Shown: positions 1-10,114, counted from the stretch's first letter. The stretch is DNA of 64,000 bases from Bacillota bacterium (GCA_051748565.1 JBNJHN010000001.1:8593-72592); one strand, 5' to 3'. Translations and numbers: made by a program. Notes: a model not told the origin generated them from the sequence alone.

Positions 1-120
1 GAAGAGCAGCTAATTGAAGAGGCCCGTGACAGTGAGCGCATCGGTGAGCTTCTGAAGGACAGGAAGGTCCTTAAAATTATTACGGTACCGGGTCGGTTGG
101 TTAATATAGTCGTTAATTAA
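1..120 (+). CDS. 3' end of an unidentified upstream gene (partial, ...EEQLIEEARDSERIGELLKDRKVLKIITVPGRLVNIVVN*)
   Basis: Frame +1 stays open from the window edge to TAA at 118-120. No family recognised. Confidence 0.3.
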   Translation, partial: EEQLIEEARDSERIGELLKDRKVLKIITVPGRLVNIVVN

Positions 121-208
121 TCTTTAAAAGCTTCCGGGCATTTTAATGTAAAAAAACGAAATATACAAAATATGGTGTATATTGCCAATAAGCATTCTTA
201 TTGCCTCC

Positions 209-237
209 TTGACAGTATTATATTCAAAATGTATAAT
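209..237 (+). promoter_or_regulatory. Sigma-A type promoter: TTGACA (209-214), 17-nt spacer, TATAAT (232-237), upstream of the Asp23-family gene
   Basis: Both hexamers match the consensus exactly with optimal 17-bp spacing, in an AT-rich intergenic region. It would give a 5' leader of about 135 nt. Confidence 0.55.
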
Positions 238-376
238 ATAATAAACAATTTTAATTACAGTACATTGATACTTGGTCTTGTTAATTGAAATCAGTTAACA
301 GCCCCAGCTAATTGATACCTGTGAACCAGCCGGCATAGACATTCCGGCTTTAATTATCAAATAAGGAGGAAATAGA

Positions 377-820
377 ATGGCTGAAGAAAAAAAAGGTAAA
401 GATGTTCGTACCGAAGAGGCAGTATTAAAGCCTGATCCCTCAAAAGAAGGAGACAGCATTCGTATATCATCTGAGGTTATTGCAGTAATAACAAGCATAA
501 TTTCCAGTGATATCCCCGGTGTTGCCGGAATGAGCGGCGGTGTAGTAGGAGGTATAGCTGAAAGGCTTGGCCGCCATGATATGACCAGGGGAATTAAAGT
601 CCAGGTTGACGAAGACAGGGTTTCTATCGATTTAAATATAATTGTAGAATATGGAATTTCTATTGTAGATACAACAGATAAGCTGAAAAAAGAGGTTCGC
701 ACCAATGTTGAAAAAACTACCGGTTTGAAAGTCAAAGCGATTAACATTAATGTCCTGGGCATAAACGTTCCAGGGGAAGAGGAGGAAGAGGAAAAGCCCG
801 AGGAAGGCAAAAAGAAATAA
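377..820 (+). CDS. Asp23/Gls24 family envelope/alkaline-shock stress protein
   Basis: 147 aa. Strong RBS AAGGAGG 7 nt upstream of the ATG. Asp23-type core (SSEVIAVITSIISSDIPGVAGMSGG...IVEYGISIV) and a Glu/Lys-rich C-terminal tail. Confidence 0.85.
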   Translation: MAEEKKGKDVRTEEAVLKPDPSKEGDSIRISSEVIAVITSIISSDIPGVAGMSGGVVGGIAERLGRHDMTRGIKVQVDEDRVSIDLNIIVEYGISIVDTTDKLKKEVRTNVEKTTGLKVKAININVLGINVPGEEEEEEKPEEGKKK

Positions 821-854
821 GAAATTTAATGTGTTGACATAAATAGAATTTTAA

Positions 855-888
855 CCCCCGGTACATTTCGAAATGACCGGGGTTTTTT
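855..888 (+). terminator. Rho-independent terminator after the Asp23 gene
   Basis: CCCCGGT(856-862)/ACCGGGG(876-882) stem followed by a T6 run. Confidence 0.6.
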
Positions 889-1004
889 ATATTTAAAGGC
901 AGGAAAAGAGGATTGTAAAAGCGAATTTTACAAGATTATTATTTTAAGTTCAAGTTAAATCGAATATTAAAGTCTTATAAGTCTGTTTTAAGGAGGTTGA
1001 GAAG

Positions 1005-1583
1005 TTGGAGCGATTATTTAACCTGCGGGGAAAAATAGTAATAGTAGCTCTCGTGTTGCTATTGATTACCGGATCTGTCTGGCGTGCAGTCCAGGTTTCG
1101 AATTCCGGGCCGGAAATAATTCAGGCCGGATACAGCGATAGAGAAGAAACTGCTCAGATAGAGGAAACAGATATGGTTACTGTTCACCTGGTAGGCGCAG
1201 TAGTAAATCCCGGCATATATCAACTCCCGGCCGGCTCAAGGATATATGAACTCATTAATCTTAGCGGTGGTTTTAGCGATGAGGCGGATCAGGATATTCT
1301 CAACCAGGCTCGCCCTATCCTTGACGGTGAGCAAATTCATGTACACAAGATCGGCGAGGCGCAGAAACCCCTGGGATCCAGCAATTCAAATAAAATTAAT
1401 ATTAACCGGGCAACAGCTTCAGAACTGACTGCTCTGCCCGGTATTGGCGATGTGCGTGCCAATCAAATTGTTGCACATCGCGAAAAGCACGGCTATTTCA
1501 CCTCTATAGAACAAATAATGGATGTTAGCGGTATCGGTGAAAGTACGTTTAATAATATTGCTGAACAAATTACCATCTATTGA
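1005..1583 (+). CDS. comEA: Competence protein ComEA (SLBB domain plus tandem helix-hairpin-helix DNA-binding domain)
   Basis: TTG start 8 nt after AGGAGG. N-terminal TM anchor. C-terminal HhH motifs (ELTALPGIGDVRANQIVAHR...IEQIMDVSGIGESTF). Confidence 0.8.
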   Translation: MERLFNLRGKIVIVALVLLLITGSVWRAVQVSNSGPEIIQAGYSDREETAQIEETDMVTVHLVGAVVNPGIYQLPAGSRIYELINLSGGFSDEADQDILNQARPILDGEQIHVHKIGEAQKPLGSSNSNKININRATASELTALPGIGDVRANQIVAHREKHGYFTSIEQIMDVSGIGESTFNNIAEQITIY

Positions 1584-1585
1584 AG

Positions 1586-2833
1586 CTATTCAATCTGCCA
1601 TGATTTAAGGTAATTTTCCTGATCGCCTGAAAGGTTGTCAATACTGATTCCCATAGCCTCCAGTTTGAGAGCCGCGGTTTGACGATCCAGCTCATCGGGT
1701 AATCTTATCACTTCTTTAGGCAGATTTTTACCTTTACTGACCAGGTATTGCATGGCTCCAAATTGGAGGGCAAAGGACAGGTCCATTATTTCTGCAGGAT
1801 GGCCGTCGCCGGCAGCCAGATTAACAAGCCGGCCTTCCCCTAAAAGATAAACCCTCCTGCCGTTGCTCAATCTGTATTCATCGATATTATCACGGGGTTG
1901 ACCCATATGCTCGCTCATGTTTATAAGAGCCTTCTTGTCGATTTCGACATCAAAGTGTCCGGCATTGCTCAAGATTGCCCCTTCTTTAAGCAGGGGGAAA
2001 TGCTCTGCTGAAATAATTTCCCGGCAACCGGTTGTAGTAACAAAGATATCACCCAGGGATGCTGCTTCTTTCATCGGCATTACCCTGAATCCTTCAACAG
2101 CAGCCTCAAGCGCATGAACCGGCTCAACTTCAGTGATGATAACGTTTGCGCCCAATCCGGAAGCACGCATAGCGACACCGCGCCCGCACCAGCCAAATCC
2201 GGATACGACCACTGTTTTGCCCGATATAAGCAGGTTGGTTGTGCGCATGATGCCGTCCCATACTGATTGGCCTGTCCCGTAACGGTTGTCGAAAAGGTAC
2301 TTGCACATTGCATCATTTACAGCCATAACCGGGAAAGCCAGTTTGCCTTCGCCGGCCATCGCTCTGAGGCGAATCAAGCCTGTTGTTGTTTCTTCGGCTC
2401 CCCCGATCACATGGGGCAGCAGGTCAGGCCGATCATGGTGCAGCTTTGTGATCAAATCGCCGCCGTCATCAATAATTAAATTTGGGCCTGTATCTATACT
2501 GCTTCGAAGATGACTGTTGTATTCTTCAGTTGTAGCGCCGTGCCAGGCATAAACCTCGATACCGTCTTCGACAAGAGCGTTGGCAATTGCATCCTGGGTT
2601 GAAAGTGGATTGCTCCCGGTGATTACCACCGCTGCTCCGCATTTTTGGAAGGCTTTGGCCATATAAGCTGATTTCGCTTCCAGGTGAATGCAAATTACCA
2701 TCTTAATTCCTTTGAACGGTTCTTCACCGCTGTATTGATCAATAAGTTTATTCATGACAGGCATATGCCTGCTAATCCATTCGATACGCCTGTGTCCCTC
2801 GGGGGCTTTTTCCGGTTTCCTGGTACTGCTCAT
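1586..2833 (-). CDS. ahcY: Adenosylhomocysteinase (S-adenosyl-L-homocysteine hydrolase)
   Basis: 415 aa with a full-length AhcY-like architecture and NAD-binding GxGxxG (VVSGFGWCGRG). RBS AAGGAG upstream on the minus strand. Confidence 0.9.
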   Translation of the reverse strand: MSSTRKPEKAPEGHRRIEWISRHMPVMNKLIDQYSGEEPFKGIKMVICIHLEAKSAYMAKAFQKCGAAVVITGSNPLSTQDAIANALVEDGIEVYAWHGATTEEYNSHLRSSIDTGPNLIIDDGGDLITKLHHDRPDLLPHVIGGAEETTTGLIRLRAMAGEGKLAFPVMAVNDAMCKYLFDNRYGTGQSVWDGIMRTTNLLISGKTVVVSGFGWCGRGVAMRASGLGANVIITEVEPVHALEAAVEGFRVMPMKEAASLGDIFVTTTGCREIISAEHFPLLKEGAILSNAGHFDVEIDKKALINMSEHMGQPRDNIDEYRLSNGRRVYLLGEGRLVNLAAGDGHPAEIMDLSFALQFGAMQYLVSKGKNLPKEVIRLPDELDRQTAALKLEAMGISIDNLSGDQENYLKSWQIE

Positions 2834-3098
2834 TACAAAATCGCTCCTTTTTTATTTCGAATCCTGGCTATGTTCATTCTTCGCAATTAACAGGGCAAAA
2901 TCCTGCCTGAAATAATGGTTTCTGATTAGAAGGATCTGGCATATAAATGCAGAATTAGAAAAGCGCAAATGTTTTATGAAATGGTAATTTGTAAATACTT
3001 GCGGGTAAAAGAGGGGTGAGACGGCAGTTTTACGCTGGACAGTCATGATTTGCTCAGGGAACACAATGATCGAATAAGAATAAAGAGGAGGTTTTACT

Positions 3099-4169
3099 AT
3101 GGGAAGGTGGATAGCTTTGCTGCTTGCGATTTTCTTGTTTTTTTCATTAGCGGGTTGTGGTACCGATGATACTGCATCTGCGGACTTGAAAGTTGGTATG
3201 GTTACCGATGCCGGAACTATTGATGACAAATCTTTTAACCAGGGCACCTGGGAAGGGATCCAACTGGCGGCGAAGGATTTTGGACTGGAGACCAGGTATT
3301 TACAACCTGGCGGGACTACGGAAGCAGATTATATTACCGAGATCGGCAACCTTGTTGATGCCGATTTTACTTTTGTTGTCTGCCCCGGATTCAAATTTGA
3401 GACTGCCATATATGATGTGCAGGACAGGTATCCCGGGGCCAAATTTGTTTTAATTGACGGCTATCCTCATGCCGGAGATTGGGTGCCGGTTGTCAATGAG
3501 AATGTAGTTTCCATCTTCTTTACCGAGCATGAATCCGGCTTTCTGGCTGGTCTTGCTACCGCTCTGCAGCTTGGTGAAGGGGAAGTCGGATTTATCGGCG
3601 GTATGGAGATACCCCCGGTTCAGCTCTTTAACTGGGGTTTCCAGCAGGGCATACAGTATGCCAATGAAAATCATGGCACTTCTATCGTAATGAATGCAGA
3701 AAACTTCATTTATGAAGGTACTTTTGAGAACGTAGCAGCAGGCCAGGCCCTGGCTGCCGCAATGTTTGATAAAGGTGTTGATGCGATCTTTGCTGCGGCC
3801 GGCGGTGTCGGCGTCGGAGCAATCAATGAAGCCAAAAGGCGGGCTGATGAAGGTGACACAGTATGGATCATCGGTGTCGACGTCGATCAGTATAATGAAG
3901 GCATCTACGATGGCGAAAACTCGATTATTCTTACCTCCGCAATGAAATATATAGATGTTGCCGCTTATGACATGATTGAAGCCGAGCTAAACGGTGTATT
4001 CCCTGGCGGAGAAATACTGACCTTTAGTGCAGAAAATTACGGTGTGGGTATTCCTCCTGAAAATCCAAATCTTGATGCCGAAGTTGAGGCGATTGTAGCT
4101 GAAGCTTTTGATGCAATGCAGGATGGCACTTTAGTTGTTGCTGATGAACAGGGTAACCTTTTCCAGTAA
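3099..4169 (+). CDS. BMP-family (PnrA/Med-like) ABC transporter substrate-binding lipoprotein, likely nucleoside-binding
   Basis: Signal peptide with lipobox LAGC. BMP-family motifs (KVGMVTDAGTIDDKSFNQ). RBS GAGGAGG. Confidence 0.85.
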   Translation: MGRWIALLLAIFLFFSLAGCGTDDTASADLKVGMVTDAGTIDDKSFNQGTWEGIQLAAKDFGLETRYLQPGGTTEADYITEIGNLVDADFTFVVCPGFKFETAIYDVQDRYPGAKFVLIDGYPHAGDWVPVVNENVVSIFFTEHESGFLAGLATALQLGEGEVGFIGGMEIPPVQLFNWGFQQGIQYANENHGTSIVMNAENFIYEGTFENVAAGQALAAAMFDKGVDAIFAAAGGVGVGAINEAKRRADEGDTVWIIGVDVDQYNEGIYDGENSIILTSAMKYIDVAAYDMIEAELNGVFPGGEILTFSAENYGVGIPPENPNLDAEVEAIVAEAFDAMQDGTLVVADEQGNLFQ

Positions 4170-4194
4170 TTATTGCAATTAGATTTAATAAGAA

Positions 4195-4218
4195 GGGCGG
4201 TAAATCCGCCCTTTTTTT
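4195..4218 (+). terminator. Rho-independent terminator/attenuator between the substrate-binding protein gene and the ABC ATPase/permease genes
   Basis: GGGCGG-taaat-CCGCCC followed by T7. Confidence 0.6.
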
Positions 4219-4356
4219 CTAAGTTTAGAATTCAATCTCATTGCAGGGCATCATAAATTTTTGCTGAGATGCACCTGTTAAGCCTTAGATTAACTTACCA
4301 TTGCCTTTCCGGTTTTGGTACTCTGGCGCCTGATCTCTAATGCAGCAGGGGAGTTG

Positions 4357-5886
4357 ATGCTTTTGGACTATGTGGTTGAAATGCGCGAGATCCGAAAAGA
4401 ATTTCCCGGTGTAGTAGCTTGTGACGATATTAATTTCCAGGTCAAAAAAGGTGAAATCCATGCCCTATTGGGTGAAAATGGAGCCGGAAAATCAACTCTG
4501 ATGAATATTCTTTTCGGTCTTTACCAACCCGATAATGGGGAAATTTACCTGCATGGCAAAAAAGTCAACATTGCCAATCCCAATGTTGCTAATGATCTCG
4601 GTATCGGTATGGTTCACCAGCATTTTAAGTTAGTCCACAATTTTACGGTAACGGAAAATATTATTCTAGGTTTGGAACCAACGAGGGCAATGATGATTGA
4701 TATTCGTACCGCTTCAGCCCGGATCAGGAATCTGTCAAAGCAGTATGGCCTGAATGTAGATCCGGATGCAAAAATATCTGATGTATCAGTGGGTATGCAG
4801 CAGAGAGTGGAAATCTTAAAAATGCTCTACCGAAATGCTGAAATCCTTATTTTCGACGAACCAACCGCAGTTTTAACCCCCCAGGAAGTACGCGAACTGA
4901 TGAAAATTATGCGCAGTTTGATTGACGAAGGAAAGACGATTATTTTGATTACACATAAACTGCGCGAAATTATGGCCATTGCCGATCGCTGTACGGTCAT
5001 CCGCTGGGGTAAATTTGTGGGTACGGTCAAAGTCTCAGAAGTCACGGAAGAGAAACTTGCTGAAATGATGGTCGGCCGGAAAATTTTATTCGAAATTAAG
5101 AAAAACGAAGCCCAAATAGGAGATGAAATTTTAAGTATCGAAAACCTTTCTGTCCTATCCGGCAGTGGGGCACTCGGCCTGAAAAATTTCTCTCTCGGGG
5201 TTAAATGCGGTGAAATTGTTGGCCTTGCCGGTGTTGACGGTAATGGGCAGGCCGAGCTGGTGGAGGCAATAATCGGTTTACGCAGCATTGAATCGGGCAA
5301 AATAATCATTCACGGTACTGATGTAAGTTCTTTTCCGGTTCGTAAACGGATCAGCAAAGGTATGGCCCATATCCCCGATGATCGCCACAAGCACGGTCTG
5401 ATCCTCGACTACACTGTCCAGGAAAACCTGGTCCTGAAAAACTACTACCTCGAGCCTTTTTCCCGCAGGGGGTTTTTAAACTGGGACCTGATCCGAGAAC
5501 ATGCCAGCCGGGTTATAAAGGATTTTGATGTCCGCGCCGGGGAAGGGCCGGATTCTTCAGCCCGGTCGCTTTCCGGCGGCAACCAGCAGAAAGCGATTGT
5601 CGGGCGGGAAATTGACGGCAATCCCGAGATACTTATAGCCGTCCAGCCGACCCGTGGCCTTGATGTGGGTGCAATTGAGTATATCCACAGACGCCTGATT
5701 GAACAGCGCGATCAGGGCAAAGCAGTCCTGCTCATATCCCTGGAGCTTGATGAAATTCTCGATTTGTCCGATCGTATTGCGGTAATTAACAGCGGTGAAC
5801 TGGTTGGCCTCGTCAATGCAGCTGAGACAAACGAAAACGAAATTGGTTTAATGATGGCCGGGGTGAAAAGAGGTGCTACAGCTTGA
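4357..5886 (+). CDS. ABC transporter ATP-binding protein with two fused ATPase domains (nucleoside/sugar type)
   Basis: Two Walker A/ABC-signature sets: GENGAGKST..LSGGNQQ-like in the N-terminal half and GVDGNGQ..LSGGNQQK in the C-terminal half. The start is ambiguous. I placed it at the ATG after GGGGAG (4357), but it could be the ORF start at 4315 or the ATG at 4381. Confidence 0.8.
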   Translation: MLLDYVVEMREIRKEFPGVVACDDINFQVKKGEIHALLGENGAGKSTLMNILFGLYQPDNGEIYLHGKKVNIANPNVANDLGIGMVHQHFKLVHNFTVTENIILGLEPTRAMMIDIRTASARIRNLSKQYGLNVDPDAKISDVSVGMQQRVEILKMLYRNAEILIFDEPTAVLTPQEVRELMKIMRSLIDEGKTIILITHKLREIMAIADRCTVIRWGKFVGTVKVSEVTEEKLAEMMVGRKILFEIKKNEAQIGDEILSIENLSVLSGSGALGLKNFSLGVKCGEIVGLAGVDGNGQAELVEAIIGLRSIESGKIIIHGTDVSSFPVRKRISKGMAHIPDDRHKHGLILDYTVQENLVLKNYYLEPFSRRGFLNWDLIREHASRVIKDFDVRAGEGPDSSARSLSGGNQQKAIVGREIDGNPEILIAVQPTRGLDVGAIEYIHRRLIEQRDQGKAVLLISLELDEILDLSDRIAVINSGELVGLVNAAETNENEIGLMMAGVKRGATA

Positions 5887-6998
5887 AAACAAAAGTCAGG
5901 GTCAAAAAAGATTTTCTTATGTCTCTTTTTGCCATATTTCTGGGCTTATTAGCCGGTGCTGTGTTGATGGTGGTTACCGGAAACAACCCCTTTGATGGAT
6001 TTTATTTTCTTTTCCGGGGTGGACTGATGAATATAGAGCGTATAGGTAACACCCTCGGTATGGCTACACCGCTTATATTTTCCGGTTTATCGGTAGCTTT
6101 TGCTTTTAAAACCGGCCTTTTTAATATTGGTGGTGCCGGGCAGATGCTGATTGGCGGTCTTTGTGCCACAGCCATTGGCCTCACTTTCGATTGGCCAAGG
6201 CCGGCTTTGCTTTTGGTTATAGTGTTTGGCTCCCTGATTGGCGGTGCACTCTGGGCAGCCCTGCCCGGTTACCTCAAAGCAAGGTTTAACGTTCATGAAG
6301 TAGTTTCCACGATTATGATGAACTGGATTGCTTACTGGTCCATTTTTTATATTGTGCCTGCATATTTTAAAGGACCCTTTTTGGAAACGGAGTCACAACG
6401 TATACCCGAAGCTGCATCGATGAAGGCATCCTGGCTGACATCACTTTTCAGTGGATCTTATATAAATCTAGGCATATTTCTTGCTGTTATATTTGTTGTT
6501 ATCAGTGCCCTGATCCTGGAGAGAACAACCCTGGGTTACGAGTTGAAAGCAGTCGGTTATAACCGTGATGCGGCCGAGGCTGCCGGGATCAGTGTTAATC
6601 GCAATATTATCCTTTCCATGTCTATTGCCGGTGCCCTGGCAGGTTTGGGCGGAGCTACTTTTTATGTCGGTTATGCTTCTAATATGCAGATTGGAGTTTT
6701 GCCTGCCCAGGGTTTTGACGGGATTGCTGTTGCCCTTTTAGGGGCTAATTCACCCTGGGGGGTGCTTGCAGCAGCAATTTTTTTCGGCCTGCTGCATACT
6801 GGAAAAGGATTTATGAATGCTATGACAGCTATTCCTCCTGAAATAGCCGATACTATTATAGCTACTATTATTTATTTTGCCGCTACATCAGTATTAATTG
6901 AACGGAATTGGGATCGGATCAAGAAGTTCAGGGCAGGCGCTCTACTTCGTAAAGTCAAAGAGAGAACCCTTGAAGCAGGCAATGGAGGTGGGCAATAA
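5883..6998 (+). CDS. ABC transporter permease (BMP-family nucleoside system, NupP-like)
   Basis: 371 aa, multiple TM helices. The start overlaps the upstream ATPase stop (translational coupling). Confidence 0.8.
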   Translation: MKTKVRVKKDFLMSLFAIFLGLLAGAVLMVVTGNNPFDGFYFLFRGGLMNIERIGNTLGMATPLIFSGLSVAFAFKTGLFNIGGAGQMLIGGLCATAIGLTFDWPRPALLLVIVFGSLIGGALWAALPGYLKARFNVHEVVSTIMMNWIAYWSIFYIVPAYFKGPFLETESQRIPEAASMKASWLTSLFSGSYINLGIFLAVIFVVISALILERTTLGYELKAVGYNRDAAEAAGISVNRNIILSMSIAGALAGLGGATFYVGYASNMQIGVLPAQGFDGIAVALLGANSPWGVLAAAIFFGLLHTGKGFMNAMTAIPPEIADTIIATIIYFAATSVLIERNWDRIKKFRAGALLRKVKERTLEAGNGGGQ

Positions 6999-7945
6999 TG
7001 GTAGACTTGATTTACCAGCTATTTCCCTATGCTATTGCTTTTACCATACCTCTGCTGATAACCTCACTGGGAGGCCTCTTTAGTGAACGAAGCGGTGTGA
7101 TCAATATCGGTCTCGAAGGACTTATGCTGATGGGCATGTTTGTCGGTGCCCTGGTTATATCAAGTACTGAAGTGATCTATCCCGGCACAGCTGTATGGAT
7201 TGGCCTTTTTACGGCAATGTTCTTTGGGGCTTTATTTGCCACTCTGCATGCTTTTGCCTGTGTTACATTAAATGCAAACCAGGTTATCAGTGGTATCGCA
7301 ATTAACATGATTGCCTCAGCAGTTACTGTATACTTGGCCCGTTTAATAACTGGCAGTGGTAATGTTCAGATTATCCGTGGTTTAAGCCGGGTGACCATTC
7401 CTGTTTTGTCCGAGATACCCATTCTTGGCAGGCTATTATTCACCCAGACATACGCTACAACCTGGTTTATACTTTTTATTTTAGCAGCGGCGACATTTTT
7501 ACTTTATAAAACTCGTTTCGGTTTACGTTTGCGAGCCTGTGGAGAGCATCCCCATGCAGCTGATGCAGCAGGTGTTAATGTCTACCTTATGCGCTATTTT
7601 GCTGTTCTTATCTCAGGAGCTTGCGCTGGGCTTGGTGGTGCAACATTTATTGTCACTCTCTCTGGTGAGTTTAACGGAACTGCTGCCGGGCTTGGTTTCC
7701 TGGCTCTGGCTGCCTTGATTTTCGGGCAATGGAAACCTTGGGGCATCCTCGGGGCGACATTCTTTTTTGGTTTTGCCAGTACTATTGCCAATGTATCTCA
7801 GGCTGTTCCGATCCTGGCCCAGATACCCGGTATTTATCTGAAAACGTTTCCGTATGTTGTTACATTGATTGCCCTGGTCCTTTCTTCTAAATCATCTCAA
7901 GCCCCGAAAGCGATTGGGGAGCCATATGATAAAGGGAAACGATAG
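6998..7945 (+). CDS. ABC transporter permease (BMP-family nucleoside system, NupQ-like)
   Basis: 315 aa polytopic membrane protein. RBS GGAGGTGGG. The start overlaps the upstream stop. Confidence 0.8.
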   Translation: MVDLIYQLFPYAIAFTIPLLITSLGGLFSERSGVINIGLEGLMLMGMFVGALVISSTEVIYPGTAVWIGLFTAMFFGALFATLHAFACVTLNANQVISGIAINMIASAVTVYLARLITGSGNVQIIRGLSRVTIPVLSEIPILGRLLFTQTYATTWFILFILAAATFLLYKTRFGLRLRACGEHPHAADAAGVNVYLMRYFAVLISGACAGLGGATFIVTLSGEFNGTAAGLGFLALAALIFGQWKPWGILGATFFFGFASTIANVSQAVPILAQIPGIYLKTFPYVVTLIALVLSSKSSQAPKAIGEPYDKGKR

Positions 7946-9314
7946 TAAATCTTTATGGCAGCGTGGTGATCTTTTGCGGGTTTATGATTTGATTTTAAAA
8001 AAACGCAATGGTTTTGCTCTGAGTGGAGCTGAAATTGATTTTATCATTAAAGGTTATGTTGATGGTGGTATACCTGACTATCAGATAGCGGCTCTGGTTA
8101 TGGCTGTTTTTTTTCAGGGCATGACTGAAGATGAAGCTCTATCCCTGACCATGGCCATGGTTGATTCCGGCGATACAATTTCTTTAAAAGAAATCCCGGG
8201 GATTAAAGTAGATAAACACAGCACCGGTGGAGTCGGTGATACAACTACCCTGGTTCTAGCTCCGCTGGTGGCAGCATCAGGAGCTCCTGTCGCCAAGTTA
8301 TCAGGTCGTGGACTCGGACACACCGGTGGCACCCTGGATAAACTGGAGTCTATTCCCGGCCTGAGGACGGAGATGTCTATAGAAGATTTTATTGCCGCCG
8401 TTAAAGATATCGGTTTGGCGGTGGCCGCTCAAACCGGTAACCTGGTCCCCGCTGATAAAAAACTTTATGCCCTTCGAGATGTTACGGCGACGGTCGACAG
8501 TATGGCCCTGATTGCTGCCAGTATCATGAGTAAAAAGCTGGCAGCAGGAGCCGATGCACTTGTCCTTGATGTTAAGTTCGGTGACGGTGCGTTCCTGAAG
8601 GATCAGGTTCAAGCATTGGAACTGGCAAGAATAATGGTAGATATTGGTTCTAAAGCCGGTCGTAAAACTGTGGCCCTGGTGACTGATATGAACCAACCCC
8701 TGGGCAGGGCAGTCGGTAATGCCCTGGAGGTTAAAGAAGCGATTAAGACTCTGCGCGGTGAGGGTCCTCCCGATTTAGAAGAATTATGCCTGGTTTTAGG
8801 CGGTTGGATGCTCTACCTTGCCGAAAAAGCTACCAGTCCTGAAAAGGGGAAAAATATCCTTAAGAAAGTGATTGAAAATGGTGCCGCCCTGAATAAATTC
8901 AGAGAAATGATAAAAAGACAGCACGGTGATATTATGGTAACCGAGGATCTCTCCCTGCTGCCGGAAACGGAAAGGCAATTTGAAGTCAAAGCGGCAATAG
9001 AAGGGTATGTAAGCCTTCTTAAAGCTGAAAGAATCGGAATGGCGGCAATGACTCTGGGCGCAGGCCGGGAAAAAAAGGATTCAACAATTGACCCTGCAGT
9101 TGGTATTATGATTGAGAAAAAAATGGGTGACATGGTCAAAAAGGGAGACACACTGGCTGTATTACACGCTCGTGCAGATTTATTACCGGATCAGATTGAA
9201 TCAATCAAGCAAATGGTTATATCCGCCTATGAGTTTGTTAACGAACCGGTAAATCTGCAACCGCTTGTATTAGGCGTTGTCAGGCAGAACGGAGGTAAAA
9301 CAGATGTCTTTTAA
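7926..9314 (+). CDS. pdp: Pyrimidine-nucleoside (thymidine) phosphorylase
   Basis: Pdp/DeoA architecture and motifs (GIPDYQIAALVMAV, KHSTGGVGDTTTL, ACT-like C-terminus). The start could be the ATG at 7926 (overlapping the permease end) or the in-frame TTG at 7974 preceded by GGTGA. Confidence 0.85.
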   Translation: MIKGNDSKSLWQRGDLLRVYDLILKKRNGFALSGAEIDFIIKGYVDGGIPDYQIAALVMAVFFQGMTEDEALSLTMAMVDSGDTISLKEIPGIKVDKHSTGGVGDTTTLVLAPLVAASGAPVAKLSGRGLGHTGGTLDKLESIPGLRTEMSIEDFIAAVKDIGLAVAAQTGNLVPADKKLYALRDVTATVDSMALIAASIMSKKLAAGADALVLDVKFGDGAFLKDQVQALELARIMVDIGSKAGRKTVALVTDMNQPLGRAVGNALEVKEAIKTLRGEGPPDLEELCLVLGGWMLYLAEKATSPEKGKNILKKVIENGAALNKFREMIKRQHGDIMVTEDLSLLPETERQFEVKAAIEGYVSLLKAERIGMAAMTLGAGREKKDSTIDPAVGIMIEKKMGDMVKKGDTLAVLHARADLLPDQIESIKQMVISAYEFVNEPVNLQPLVLGVVRQNGGKTDVF

Positions 9315-9951
9315 ACTGGCCGGTTATATCGACCATACCTTGCTTAAACCGGAAGCAACCGGGCGGGATATTGTTAAACTTTGCAAAGAAGCGGTTGAAT
9401 ACAGTTTTTATGCTGTCTGCATCAATCCCTCTTATGTCAATACTGCAGTCAAAGAGCTGCAGGGCAGCCCGGTAAAAGTTTGTGCCGTGGTCGGTTTTCC
9501 GTTGGGAGTAACGTCGACTACGGTTAAAGCTTTCGAAGCGGTTGAGGCTGTGGACGGTGGGGCCGAAGAAATTGATATGGTAATTCATGTCGGAGCCCTC
9601 AAGGAAGGCAGTACACGATATGTAATCGATGATCTGTCCGCTGTTGTTAAAGCGGTGAAGGGTAAAACCGTCAAGGTGATTATCGAGACCGGTTTGCTTG
9701 ATAAGGAAGAAAAAATTACTGCCTGCCGTTTGGTTAAAGAATCGGGGGCAGGCTTTGTAAAAACCTCAACCGGTTTTGGACCGGGCGGGGCTACGATTGC
9801 CGATATACAGCTGATGCGCGAAACGGTTGGCCCGGATTTGGGAGTCAAAGCTTCGGGCGGCATTCGCACTGCGAAGGCAGCCCGAGAGATGATTGAAGCC
9901 GGGGCTGACAGGATCGGCACCAGTTCAGGAATAGCAATAATCCAGGGATAA
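9304..9951 (+). CDS. deoC: Deoxyribose-phosphate aldolase
   Basis: GGAGG plus ATG at 9304. DeoC motifs (AVCINPSYV, catalytic Lys region GFVKTSTGF). Overlaps the end of pdp. Confidence 0.9.
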   Translation: MSFKLAGYIDHTLLKPEATGRDIVKLCKEAVEYSFYAVCINPSYVNTAVKELQGSPVKVCAVVGFPLGVTSTTVKAFEAVEAVDGGAEEIDMVIHVGALKEGSTRYVIDDLSAVVKAVKGKTVKVIIETGLLDKEEKITACRLVKESGAGFVKTSTGFGPGGATIADIQLMRETVGPDLGVKASGGIRTAKAAREMIEAGADRIGTSSGIAIIQG

Positions 9952-10114
9952 TTCTGTTTTCCAATCTGGTTTATATAAGAGTTGACAAACCAGCTAAAAG
10001 TTTTGACAGCTTAATTAAACTGGCGGGTCTGCGTGTAAGACAGTGTGTAACTAAAAGTGGTCATGCTTTGTTAACATAAGCCCTTAATGAATATAAGTCG
10101 GATGGGGAGAAACT

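Noticed and set aside
295-810. 171 aa minus-strand ORF antisense to the Asp23 gene
   Set aside because: Low-complexity Ser/Pro-rich translation, fully overlapped by a well-supported forward gene with RBS. Antisense ORF artefact.
2834-3098. SAH riboswitch upstream of ahcY (minus strand)
   Set aside because: Reverse-complement leader lacks the conserved SAH-element motifs. Region is AT-rich promoter-like sequence only.
4827-5309. 160 aa minus-strand ORF inside the ABC ATPase gene
   Set aside because: Antisense to a conserved ATPase domain, with no RBS and no recognisable fold.
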